14,759 nucleotides of DNA from an uncultured Bacteroidales bacterium (GCA_964514455.1 CAZEWI010000013.1:1-14759); one strand, 5' to 3'. Numbered from the stretch's first letter, positions 1 to 6,800 are shown. The notes: generated by a model from the letters alone, not told the origin. Numbers and translations are program-made.

Positions 1-1
1 T

Positions 2-77
2 GCCACAATAGCTCAGTTGGTAGAGCACTTCATTCGTAATGAAGGGGTCGCAGGTTCGATTCCTGTTTGTGGCACCA
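2..77 (+). tRNA. tRNA-Thr (anticodon CGT)
   Basis: Cloverleaf folded by eye: acceptor gccacaa/ttgtggc, D arm gctc-agttggta-gagc, anticodon stem cttca/tgaag with loop ttCGTaa, T arm gcagg-ttcgatt-cctgt, discriminator a, encoded CCA at 75-77. Confidence 0.9.
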
Positions 78-80
78 GTT

Positions 81-114
81 AAAAATAAAACCCCTCAAAT
101 GAGGGGCTTTTTTT
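81..114. terminator. Bidirectional rho-independent terminator (tRNA-Thr on +, gapR-like gene on -)
   Basis: Stem cccctc(91-96)/gagggg(101-106) with loop aaat. A-run lies upstream (81-90) and T-run downstream (108-114), so it reads as hairpin+U-tract on both strands. Confidence 0.7.
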
Positions 115-128
115 ATACTAAATAAGGA

Positions 129-374
129 TTACAATCCAATCAATTTTCTATATTCTGAAAGGAGCATTTCATTTTCTGCTAATTCGTCAGCATCTGTGGC
201 CCTCATTTTTAATAATTGTCTGATACATTTTGTATCAAAGCCGACACCTTTTGCTTCTTTGAATATCTCGCGAATATCGGCCCTTAAACTAGACATTTCT
301 TCCTGTAATGATTCAATTCTTTCTAATAAAGATGTCAATTGTTCTGCATTTAAGTCTCTAATACCTTTTGCCAT
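129..374 (-). CDS. gapR: GapR-like nucleoid-associated protein (DUF2312 family), 81 aa
   Basis: Short coiled-coil protein with the family core ...IREIFKEAKGVGFDTKCIRQLLKMR..., comparable to Caulobacter GapR. ATG at 374 is preceded by AGGAG (minus strand). Confidence 0.8.
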   Translation of the reverse strand: MAKGIRDLNAEQLTSLLERIESLQEEMSSLRADIREIFKEAKGVGFDTKCIRQLLKMRATDADELAENEMLLSEYRKLIGL

Positions 375-392
375 TAGTCCTACTCCTTTTTC

Positions 393-421
393 TTGCTTTT
401 AATGGTTAAAAATTGTATAAT
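393..421 (+). promoter_or_regulatory. Candidate sigma70-type promoter for pyk
   Basis: TTGCTT (393-398), 17 nt spacer, TATAAT (416-421). A second TATAAT lies at 428-433. AT-rich background makes chance matches likely. Confidence 0.35.
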
Positions 422-463
422 TGATTGTATAATAAAAACAAAAAAAATCAAGGAAAATAAAAT

Positions 464-1897
464 ATGAAAATGAAACTCACAAAAATTCTAGCAAGTATTG
501 GGCCTTCCAGTGAAAATATGTTGGAGAAACTTGTTGATGCAGGTATGAATGCTATTCGTCTGAATTTTAGTCATGATACTCACGAGGCTCAGAAAAAGAA
601 AATTTTAGCAATTCGTGAAATTTCTAAAAGAAGAGGGATTCCTATTGCGGTTGTCGCAGACTTGCAAGGACCTAAACACCGAATCGGAGATTTTATCGGG
701 GGTGATAAAGGAAAAAAATATATTTTGAAAGTAGGGCAAAAATTTATACTAGATTCTAATCCAAAACTAGGCGATGATAAAAGAGTTTGCTTGCCAGATT
801 CCGATGTTATGAAAGCCCTGAGTGTTGGAGCAAGAGTCTTACTCAATGACGGAAAAATGGAATTGATTGTTCGCAAAAAATTAAAAGATAGTGTTGAAAC
901 CGAAGTCGTCAGAGGTGATGAAATCTGGGATCGCAGGGCCTTTAACATTCCTAATGCTGAAATTGATACTCCTATTTTAACAGAAAAAGACAAAGATGAT
1001 TTATTATTTGCTCTTAAATGCGGAGTTGATTGGGTGGCCGTGTCTTTCGTCCAAAAGGCCGAGGATATTGATTTCGTTCGTGAGTTTATTACTAAAAACT
1101 CCAGAGAACATATTCGCATAATTTCTAAAATTGAAAGGCCTCAGGCAGTGGAAAGATTGGAATCTATTATCAATACTTCAGATGGTGTTATGATTGCTCG
1201 TGGAGATTTAGCAGTAGAAATGCCTTACGAGAAAGTTCCAGTTATTCAAAGGCAAATTATCAGACTATGTCGTCAAAAAAATAAGCCTGTTATAGTTGCT
1301 ACTCAAATGATGGACGCTATGATTGAGAACTTATTTCCAACTAGGGCAGAAGTATCAGATGTTGCGACTGCTTGCTATCAAAAAACCGATGCGACTATGT
1401 TGTCTGGTGAAACCACCATGGGAAAATACCCTCTGGAAACCGTTCAGGCTATGGCTAAAATTTTGGAAGAATCTGAAATGGATCAAATAGAAAATGATTG
1501 CTCGTCAGAAAGTGGAGAACCTTGTATAGAGCCAGAATCTGCTTTGGCTGAATCTATTGTTGATATGGCGATATTAAATGAAGCCGTTGCAATAGTAGTA
1601 TTTTCAGGCTCGGGAGATACAGCCAGAGAATTATCTGCTCGCCGTTCTATGATTCCTATTATAGCGATATGTAAAATAGAATTGTATGCGAATCAGTTAT
1701 CTATATCAAATGGAGTAGTTCCTATATTTGATGATAAAACAGTCAAAGGTCAAAAGTATGAAAATATAGCCTCGGCTTATGCTAAAAAATATAAGTTTGC
1801 TAAAAAAGGCGATAATATAATAGTGATAACTAAAGGTGATTTAAGAGATAACTTTGCTCATAACTCCCGAATCATAACCGTTATAACAGTGGATTAA
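464..1897 (+). CDS. pyk: Pyruvate kinase, 477 aa
   Basis: N-terminal TKILASIGPSS...AGMNAIRLNFSHD, then ISKIE...DGVMIARGDLAVE and ATQMMDAMI...PTRAEVSDVA. These are canonical pyruvate kinase motifs. AAGGA RBS lies upstream. Confidence 0.95.
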   Translation: MKMKLTKILASIGPSSENMLEKLVDAGMNAIRLNFSHDTHEAQKKKILAIREISKRRGIPIAVVADLQGPKHRIGDFIGGDKGKKYILKVGQKFILDSNPKLGDDKRVCLPDSDVMKALSVGARVLLNDGKMELIVRKKLKDSVETEVVRGDEIWDRRAFNIPNAEIDTPILTEKDKDDLLFALKCGVDWVAVSFVQKAEDIDFVREFITKNSREHIRIISKIERPQAVERLESIINTSDGVMIARGDLAVEMPYEKVPVIQRQIIRLCRQKNKPVIVATQMMDAMIENLFPTRAEVSDVATACYQKTDATMLSGETTMGKYPLETVQAMAKILEESEMDQIENDCSSESGEPCIEPESALAESIVDMAILNEAVAIVVFSGSGDTARELSARRSMIPIIAICKIELYANQLSISNGVVPIFDDKTVKGQKYENIASAYAKKYKFAKKGDNIIVITKGDLRDNFAHNSRIITVITVD

Positions 1898-1912
1898 AAA
1901 ATTGAATATATT

Positions 1913-1941
1913 AAAAAAAGCCGGTAATTACGGCTTTTTTT
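1913..1941. terminator. Bidirectional terminator between convergent pyk and the nuclease gene
   Basis: Stem agccg(1919-1923)/cggct(1931-1935), flanked by A7 (1913-1919) and T7 (1935-1941). Confidence 0.65.
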
Positions 1942-1946
1942 ATTAA

Positions 1947-3062
1947 TTATTTTCCCGATTTTCTACGGTTGCAACTTTTACAAAGCATTTGGCAGTTTTC
2001 GCTATTAGTTTTTCCTCCAGAATGCCAAGGGTCAATATGATCGGCTTCCATTTCATCAATTTCAAAATGTTCTCCGCAAACTTCGCAAATTCCATTTTGC
2101 CGTTCGTATGCTTCTCGCTTCATATTTTCAGTAAAAGCCCGAATATTCAAAGCCCGTTCATTCTTTTTTCCACTTAGTAAGTATTCGTAAATACCTTTTT
2201 TATTTGTAACATCATCATCAAGTATTAAACGATTGATTTCTGATTCAAGTTCAGTAGTATCGTATTGATTTTTATTATATTCATTATAAAGGAATCCCCA
2301 CTCAACACTTTTCATAATATCGCGATATTTTGGAAATACTGTTTTAACCCATTCAATTACAGAATTAAAATATAACCATAATTCACTGGAATTTTGATCG
2401 TGTTGATGTTGTCCCATATATTCACGAATTCCAGAATCTGTGTTTTTTGTATTATTACTAATCCATTTAATAGCAGTTTCTAAATACTTCTGTCTAATAC
2501 AAGAGCCGGACATATATTTTGAAGCAATACCATAAGCAGGACAATTAGTTTTACTAAAATATCTTTTAGCCTCGGTTAGCCAAGAACCACGATAAATAGC
2601 ATTTCTAATTTCTTGATCTTCTAATTTTTCACCAGCGATATTTATGATTTGAAACCAATCAATAATTTCCGAATCGGTTCCATTACTGCAAATATAAATC
2701 TGAAGTTTATATTTTAATATTTTTTCTTGTTCGTCAGATTCAAAACTATGAAAAGGTCTTTCATCAATAGAAAAATCATTATCAAGAAATTTACATATAG
2801 AAAGAGTCCTTTGTTGCCCATCCAACAATTCGTATTTATCATCAGAAGTTTTAATCCAATACATAACATTTAGAGGGTAACCTTTTATAATAGTGCGAAT
2901 CACTTCGCTCTGTTGTTTCGGAGCATAAACAAATTCTCGCTGATAAGCAGGGCGAATATCAAGCAATCCGCCATAGCCAACAACTCCTTCTTCATCACGA
3001 TTTAGATAGCCATTAAATAAATCACGAACAGTGATTTCAACAAGTTCAATTTTCATAGTCAT
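1947..3062 (-). CDS. DUF262 (ParB/Srx-like, DGQQR motif) + C-terminal HNH nuclease, GmrSD-like architecture, 371 aa
   Basis: N-terminal ...YELLDGQQRTLSI... (DGQQR at aa 81-85) typical of DUF262. C-terminus CEVCGEHF...ADHIDPWHSGGKTNSENCQMLCKSCNRRK is a CxxC...DH...N...CxxC HNH zinc-ribbon. Strong RBS AAGGAG lies 7 nt before the ATG at 3062. Confidence 0.85.
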   Translation of the reverse strand: MTMKIELVEITVRDLFNGYLNRDEEGVVGYGGLLDIRPAYQREFVYAPKQQSEVIRTIIKGYPLNVMYWIKTSDDKYELLDGQQRTLSICKFLDNDFSIDERPFHSFESDEQEKILKYKLQIYICSNGTDSEIIDWFQIINIAGEKLEDQEIRNAIYRGSWLTEAKRYFSKTNCPAYGIASKYMSGSCIRQKYLETAIKWISNNTKNTDSGIREYMGQHQHDQNSSELWLYFNSVIEWVKTVFPKYRDIMKSVEWGFLYNEYNKNQYDTTELESEINRLILDDDVTNKKGIYEYLLSGKKNERALNIRAFTENMKREAYERQNGICEVCGEHFEIDEMEADHIDPWHSGGKTNSENCQMLCKSCNRRKSGK

Positions 3063-3324
3063 TTTTAGACTCCTTTTTTAGTTTTATTAAGATTCGCACA
3101 TAAGTTCTTTTGTTATTTATTGTGCAATCATTGATTAGCCCATTTTTTAGATTTGTAGATATAGGATATACAAGATCAACGGGTTCTATATCTTCCTTAT
3201 CGTTATACGAGCATAAGTATTTCTCCCATTTATTTTGCCCTCTGTATTTTTTATCATTCCTGCGATACTCGTTGAACAAGGATACGAAAGAATGGTTGAA
3301 CTCTCTCTCTCTCTCTAGTAAACA
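3046..3324 (-). other. Open alternative frame downstream of the (AG)8 tract carrying a second MTase-type C-terminal motif (not called as an independent gene)
   Basis: The frame is open from 3324 to the stop at 3046, translated by hand through the tract. It ends ...LINDCTINNKRTYVRILIKLKKE. It has only a TTG start (3279) and no RBS. It joins the MTase frame if the tract gains 2 nt. Confidence 0.3.
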
Positions 3325-4153
3325 CTAGGTCTTTCCCATCTTCGCCTTTACGAAAAGCGACAATCTCAAACTGATTCGGATTATATTTATCAAGAAAAGT
3401 AATGGGAACTCCCATAACTCCATAATAATCACAAGGAATATCAGCAACTTTATCAACATTGATAGCATCATAATTATCGTATTTAGGGTATTCCTTTGGA
3501 TTGTACTTTTTATACAAAATCATTTTTTCATTTCGTTTATTATGAGAAAGATTTGTATACCAACTAACATTTCCAAAATTTTGAAATTCTCCATTTGTTT
3601 TTAGAAAACTTTTTACATGATTATAACCACACCAAATTTTATTTTCTTTAATCAACTTAAAGACTTCTTTATATGTTCTACAATTATCATTTCCAATAAT
3701 TAAAAACTTTTTATTATATTCTATCAATTGAGCGACATATTCGCGAAACAAAGAAAAAGGGGGATTTGTACAAACTATATCTGCTTCTTTTAATAATTCA
3801 ATACAGTCAGTACTACGGAAGTCTCCGTCACTAAACATCATTTCAATTTTTTCCACATCTTTACGATTTATTTTTTTATCTTTATTTTTATCTTTTTCTA
3901 TTATTAATTTATAGCTTGCAGAGTCTTTTTCATAATGAGTACAAATCAACTTTTTCAACCCAAGGTATTCAAAATTATCTGCAAAATACCTGAAAAAATG
4001 AGACCAATCTGGATCATCGCAATTACAATAAACAACTTTTCCCTTGAAATGTTCTTTGTAATTTTTTAATTCGTTTTCTATATCTGCTCTTTGAGTATAA
4101 AATTCGTCATTCTTGGCTTCTCGTGCTGAATGTAAATTAGAATTTTTAGCCAT
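3254..4153 (-). CDS. N6-adenine DNA methyltransferase, M.EcoRI family, 299 aa from ATG 4153
   Basis: MAKNSNLHSAREAKNDEFYTQ, VVYCNCDDP, catalytic TNPPF (nt 3766-3755), GVMGVPITFLDKYNP, C-terminal FRKGEDGKDL...PFFRILV. The track start at 4165 is TTG. The ATG at 4153 with GGGGA upstream is preferred and matches the family N-terminus. Confidence 0.9.
   Translation of the reverse strand: MAKNSNLHSAREAKNDEFYTQRADIENELKNYKEHFKGKVVYCNCDDPDWSHFFRYFADNFEYLGLKKLICTHYEKDSASYKLIIEKDKNKDKKINRKDVEKIEMMFSDGDFRSTDCIELLKEADIVCTNPPFSLFREYVAQLIEYNKKFLIIGNDNCRTYKEVFKLIKENKIWCGYNHVKSFLKTNGEFQNFGNVSWYTNLSHNKRNEKMILYKKYNPKEYPKYDNYDAINVDKVADIPCDYYGVMGVPITFLDKYNPNQFEIVAFRKGEDGKDLVFTRERERVQPFFRILVQRVSQE
3301..3316 (-). 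repeat. Dinucleotide simple sequence repeat (AG)8 on the coding strand, inside the MTase 3' end
   Basis: ctctctctctctctct on the + strand, read directly. It encodes RERER in ...LVFT-RERER-VQPFFRILV. Confidence 0.95.
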
Positions 4154-4171
4154 TACAATCCCCAAAATTAT

Positions 4172-4200
4172 AAAAAATAACCGCCAATAAGAATGGCGGT
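4172..4200 (-). terminator. Unidirectional rho-independent terminator (minus strand)
   Basis: 7 bp stem accgcca(4200-4194)/tggcggt(4186-4180) on the minus strand, 7 nt loop, followed by ttattttttat. There is no T-run on the + strand side. Confidence 0.7.
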
Positions 4201-4400
4201 CGGGGTGTGGTAATCAGTTTATCATTGATTCTGGGTCTTTGGACAAGTCCTATTGTATAACTTCCAGATCCCCAACTAAATCAGGGATATAACGGTGCAA
4301 AAACACCGAAACATCAGAATTACGATGTTTTTAACACCGGATAAACAGGGCCACCACAGCCCGAACCCAATTCCCATCGGATTCAAAAAAGAGTATAGAA
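4172..4400 (-). ncRNA. Candidate structured RNA of unknown family (or long structured 3' UTR of the DUF721 gene)
   Basis: A ~230 nt non-coding gap, clearly richer in G/C than its flanks. It has several local hairpins: aaacatc/gatgttt, cggtg/caccg, atccc/gggat, tctgg/ccaga enclosing ggac/gtcc. A long-range 5'/3' pairing (gttcgggctgtggt with accacaccccgac) sits next to the terminator. TATAAT at 4412-4407 (minus) is a possible own promoter. Confidence 0.35.
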
Positions 4401-4429
4401 AAGTTTATTATAAAATGCTAGTTTTATTT

Positions 4430-4768
4430 TTAATTCACAAATTTTATTTTTTTGATTGTATTATGGCCGTAGTAGGAGTTTAATTTTTCTAATAATTTTT
4501 TTTCTGAATAGGACATCAATAAAGCACTTGATTTTGATATCATTTTAACGGTCAGAGTCCGGTCTTCTTTTCCTTTTGTTAGTTTGACTACTTTTATCTG
4601 ATTCGCCATTTCATCTCCGACTATATTCGCCCAATTCATAATTAAATCCGCATCGCTGATATTGCCTCCCAATGTTTTTACAACTCTATTTAATGAGGCC
4701 GAAAAATGACAAGGGTGTTTTACCCTCTCTTCAAATTTGAATTTCTTAAAAGTCTTCGTTATACTCAA
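4430..4768 (-). CDS. DUF721 (DciA-like) protein, 112 aa
   Basis: ...LIMNWANIVGDEMANQIKVVKL...RTLTVKMISKSSALLMSYSEKKLLEKLNSYYG...IKKIKFV fits the DUF721 pattern. The start is TTG at 4768 and overlaps the rpoH stop by 23 nt, so the start is uncertain. Confidence 0.7.
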   Translation of the reverse strand: MSITKTFKKFKFEERVKHPCHFSASLNRVVKTLGGNISDADLIMNWANIVGDEMANQIKVVKLTKGKEDRTLTVKMISKSSALLMSYSEKKLLEKLNSYYGHNTIKKIKFVN

Positions 4769-5693
4769 TTTCTTTCACCTTGGACTCGTCTGTTAAAACA
4801 CTCCGCATATCTTTTGCATCTTCTAAAATCGCTAGTTTTAATTTCTCGTATGCTCGCTCTGCTATCTGACGAACTCTCTCTTTTGAAACACTATATTTCA
4901 AAGCCAAGTCTTCTAATGTTATAACAGGGTCCGATAAATATCGGGCTTTTATAATGTCTTGCTCCCGCTCTGATAAATCCGAGAGATGTTTGCGGAGTAA
5001 TTCCGCCCCTCTGATATTCATTTCCTTTCTTTCCAAAGCCTCTTCACTAGTTTGTTTTGTATCTGACAAATCGTCTATCAATTCGCCTTCATCTTCATCA
5101 TTGCTCTTGGTCTGATTTAACGAAATATGACGAGTCATCCAACTGGACATTTTTTTAACTTCGTTAGATGAAACACCTAAAAGGCCGGCAATCTCGTCCG
5201 CATTACTATCTGTAAGTTTTCCAGAGTCTATTATTCCAAGTTGTTTTTTTGCCCTAGATAAATTAAAAAATAATTTCTTTTGATTGGAACTATTACCTAT
5301 TTTTACAATGGACCAATTAGACAATATGCTCTCATAAATAGCGGCTTTAATCCACCACATCGCATAAGTCGTAAGTCTAAATCCTTTGTCTGGGTCAAAT
5401 TTTTTAACTGCTTGCATAAGACCTATATTACCCTCAGAAATTAAATCAGAAATTGGTAATCCATAATGGCGAAACTCATAAGCAACCGAAACTACTAACC
5501 TTAAATGAGATGTAACCAATTTTTCCGCAGCAAGTTTATCTCCAGAATCAATCCAGTCTTTAGCGAGATTATACTCTTCTTCTGCCGTTAAAATCGGAAA
5601 TCTCTGAACCTCACGAATATATTGCTCTAAACCGGTATCATCACTTGCTCCGCGAATCGCTATCAAGGACCGATTTGTGTTTTCTTTACTCAT
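4746..5693 (-). CDS. rpoH: RNA polymerase sigma-32 (heat-shock sigma factor RpoH), 315 aa
   Basis: Sigma70-family regions 2-4 (LRLVVSVAYEFRHYGLPISDLISEGNIGLMQAVKKFDP) plus the RpoH box NQKKLFFNLSRAKKQL. Confidence 0.93.
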   Translation of the reverse strand: MSKENTNRSLIAIRGASDDTGLEQYIREVQRFPILTAEEEYNLAKDWIDSGDKLAAEKLVTSHLRLVVSVAYEFRHYGLPISDLISEGNIGLMQAVKKFDPDKGFRLTTYAMWWIKAAIYESILSNWSIVKIGNSSNQKKLFFNLSRAKKQLGIIDSGKLTDSNADEIAGLLGVSSNEVKKMSSWMTRHISLNQTKSNDEDEGELIDDLSDTKQTSEEALERKEMNIRGAELLRKHLSDLSEREQDIIKARYLSDPVITLEDLALKYSVSKERVRQIAERAYEKLKLAILEDAKDMRSVLTDESKVKEIEYNEDF

Positions 5694-5746
5694 AATTTGA
5701 ATTATAACATAATTTTTATCAGAAATAAACTAATAAATCCCAATTT

Positions 5747-5863
5747 TTAATTTACTGGGTATGTCCTAGGAAACTCATTCCCGTTAGGGTGATCAAGGTT
5801 GGATTTTACCCCACAACCCGTTAGTATAAGACAAATTGAAAGAACTAAAATTAAATATCTCAT
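5747..5863 (-). CDS. Small lipoprotein, 38 aa, LptM/YifL-like (not in the ORF track)
   Basis: Hand translation: MRYLILVLSICLILTGCGVKSNLDHPNGNEFPRTYPVN*. It has the lipobox LTGC followed by GVK..L..P, and AGGAAA 6 nt before the ATG. It explains the G/C-enriched patch between rpoH and tRNA-Leu. Confidence 0.55.
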   Translation of the reverse strand: MRYLILVLSICLILTGCGVKSNLDHPNGNEFPRTYPVN

Positions 5864-5879
5864 TGTTTTTCCTATGTTT

Positions 5880-5966
5880 TGGTGCCCGAGACAGGACTTG
5901 AACCTGCAAGATATTACTATCACTAGTACCTGAAACTAGTGCGTCTACCAATTTCGCCACCCGGGC
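5880..5966 (-). tRNA. tRNA-Leu (anticodon CAG), class II with long variable arm
   Basis: Minus strand gcccggg-tg-gcg-aaattggtaga-cgc-a-ctagt-ttCAGgt-actag-tgatagtaatatcttg-cagg ttcaagt cctg-tctcgggc-a-cca, with CCA encoded. Confidence 0.9.
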
Positions 5967-6025
5967 CTAGTTTGACCAAAATAATAGTCTAATTAAAAAA
6001 AATTTCAAGAAAAATAATGATTTAT

Positions 6026-6054
6026 TTGAAATTTAGATATTTTTGTGTTATAAT
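6026..6054 (+). promoter_or_regulatory. Candidate sigma70 promoter for carD (extended -10)
   Basis: TTGAAA (6026-6031), 17 nt spacer, TGtTATAAT (6046-6054), ~37 nt upstream of the ATG at 6091. Confidence 0.45.
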
Positions 6055-6090
6055 AAACTATAATAATTGTCTAAATAGAGGTTTTTTACT

Positions 6091-6648
6091 ATGGCTACTA
6101 AAGCAAAATTGAGTTTTAAGAAAGGGCAGTTCGTTGTTTATCCAGTTCATGGAGTAGGACAAATTAAATCTATTGAAGAGCAAAAAATTGCTGGTCAAAA
6201 ATTGGAACTAATCGTTATTGAATTTGAAAAAGATAGAATGACTTTAAGGATTCCTTTGGCTAAGGCCGAGACTTCCGGTTTAAGACAAATCTCATCTTGT
6301 AAAACTATGGACGAGGCTATTCAATCTGCTAAAAAAAGCCCTAGTGTTAAAAGGGTTATTTGGTCCAGACGTGCTCAACAATACGAGGAAAAAATCAATT
6401 CTGGAAATCCTTGTGAATTGGCTGATGTTATTCGCGATCTACAAAGAAGAGATCCAACCGATGTTATGACATTCTCGGGTCGTCAAGTTTATACCAAGGC
6501 TTTGACTCGTATGGCGGAAGAATTCGCAATTATTCACAAAATTGATGTTGATACTGCATCTGAAAAAATTGAAAAAATCCTGGGGATTCCAAAGGAAATT
6601 GAAATCAATTTTGATGAAGATAAATCAGACGAATCTTTAGATGAATAA
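6091..6648 (+). CDS. carD: CarD-family transcriptional regulator, 185 aa, acidic C-terminal tail
   Basis: FKKGQFVVYPVHGVGQIKSIEEQKIAGQKLELIVIEF...MTLRIPLAKA is the CarD/TRCF RNAP-interacting domain. AGAGG RBS present. Confidence 0.88.
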   Translation: MATKAKLSFKKGQFVVYPVHGVGQIKSIEEQKIAGQKLELIVIEFEKDRMTLRIPLAKAETSGLRQISSCKTMDEAIQSAKKSPSVKRVIWSRRAQQYEEKINSGNPCELADVIRDLQRRDPTDVMTFSGRQVYTKALTRMAEEFAIIHKIDVDTASEKIEKILGIPKEIEINFDEDKSDESLDE

Positions 6649-6715
6649 AATCACATTATAGCATAAAGTTTTTACTGGATTTTTAGAAAATCTATGTCAA
6701 ACTGATAATGCTTTT

Positions 6716-6790
6716 GTCCCTATCGTCTAGCGGTCAGGACGTCAGATTCTCATTCTGAAAACACGAGTTCGATTCTCGTTAGGGATACCA
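6716..6790 (+). tRNA. tRNA-Glu (anticodon CTC)
   Basis: gtcccta-tc-gtct-agcggtca-ggac-g-tcaga-ttCTCat-tctga-aaac-acgag-ttcgatt-ctcgt-tagggat-a-cca. The 5' half resembles canonical tRNA-Glu (GUCCC.UUCGUCUAG). Position 1-72 is a G-U pair. Confidence 0.88.
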
Positions 6791-6800
6791 AAAATTTAAC

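Noticed and set aside
196-402. Assorted short ORFs antisense to or overlapping called genes (196-402, 1989-2177, 3110-3328, 4706-4924, 10443-10661, 10735-10929)
   Set aside because: All overlap stronger genes on the opposite strand or in another frame, and none has an RBS or a recognisable motif.
589-1119. 176 aa ORF antisense to pyruvate kinase
   Set aside because: It lies entirely inside a confidently identified gene on the other strand. The Ser/Leu/Phe-rich low-complexity translation is typical of antisense frames in AT-rich DNA, and there is no RBS.
3046-3279. 77 aa ORF as an independent gene (for example a controller protein of the R-M pair)
   Set aside because: It has only a TTG start, no RBS and no HTH-like sequence. 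It is better explained as the alternative-frame MTase tail (kept as a finding, not as a gene).
4172-4400. Assignment of the candidate RNA to tmRNA, SRP RNA, RNase P RNA or 6S RNA
   Set aside because: It has no tRNA-like T-arm/CCA end and no ANDN-type tag frame, which argues against tmRNA. It lacks the GGAA/AGCAGC domain IV motif of SRP RNA. It is too short for RNase P and lacks GAGGAAAGUCC. A closing 5'/3' helix is compatible with 6S, but I cannot verify that by eye. Family left open.
4295-4483. 62 aa + strand ORF in the G/C-rich gap
   Set aside because: There is no RBS, its 3' end runs antisense into the DUF721 gene, and the region is better explained as structured RNA on the minus strand.
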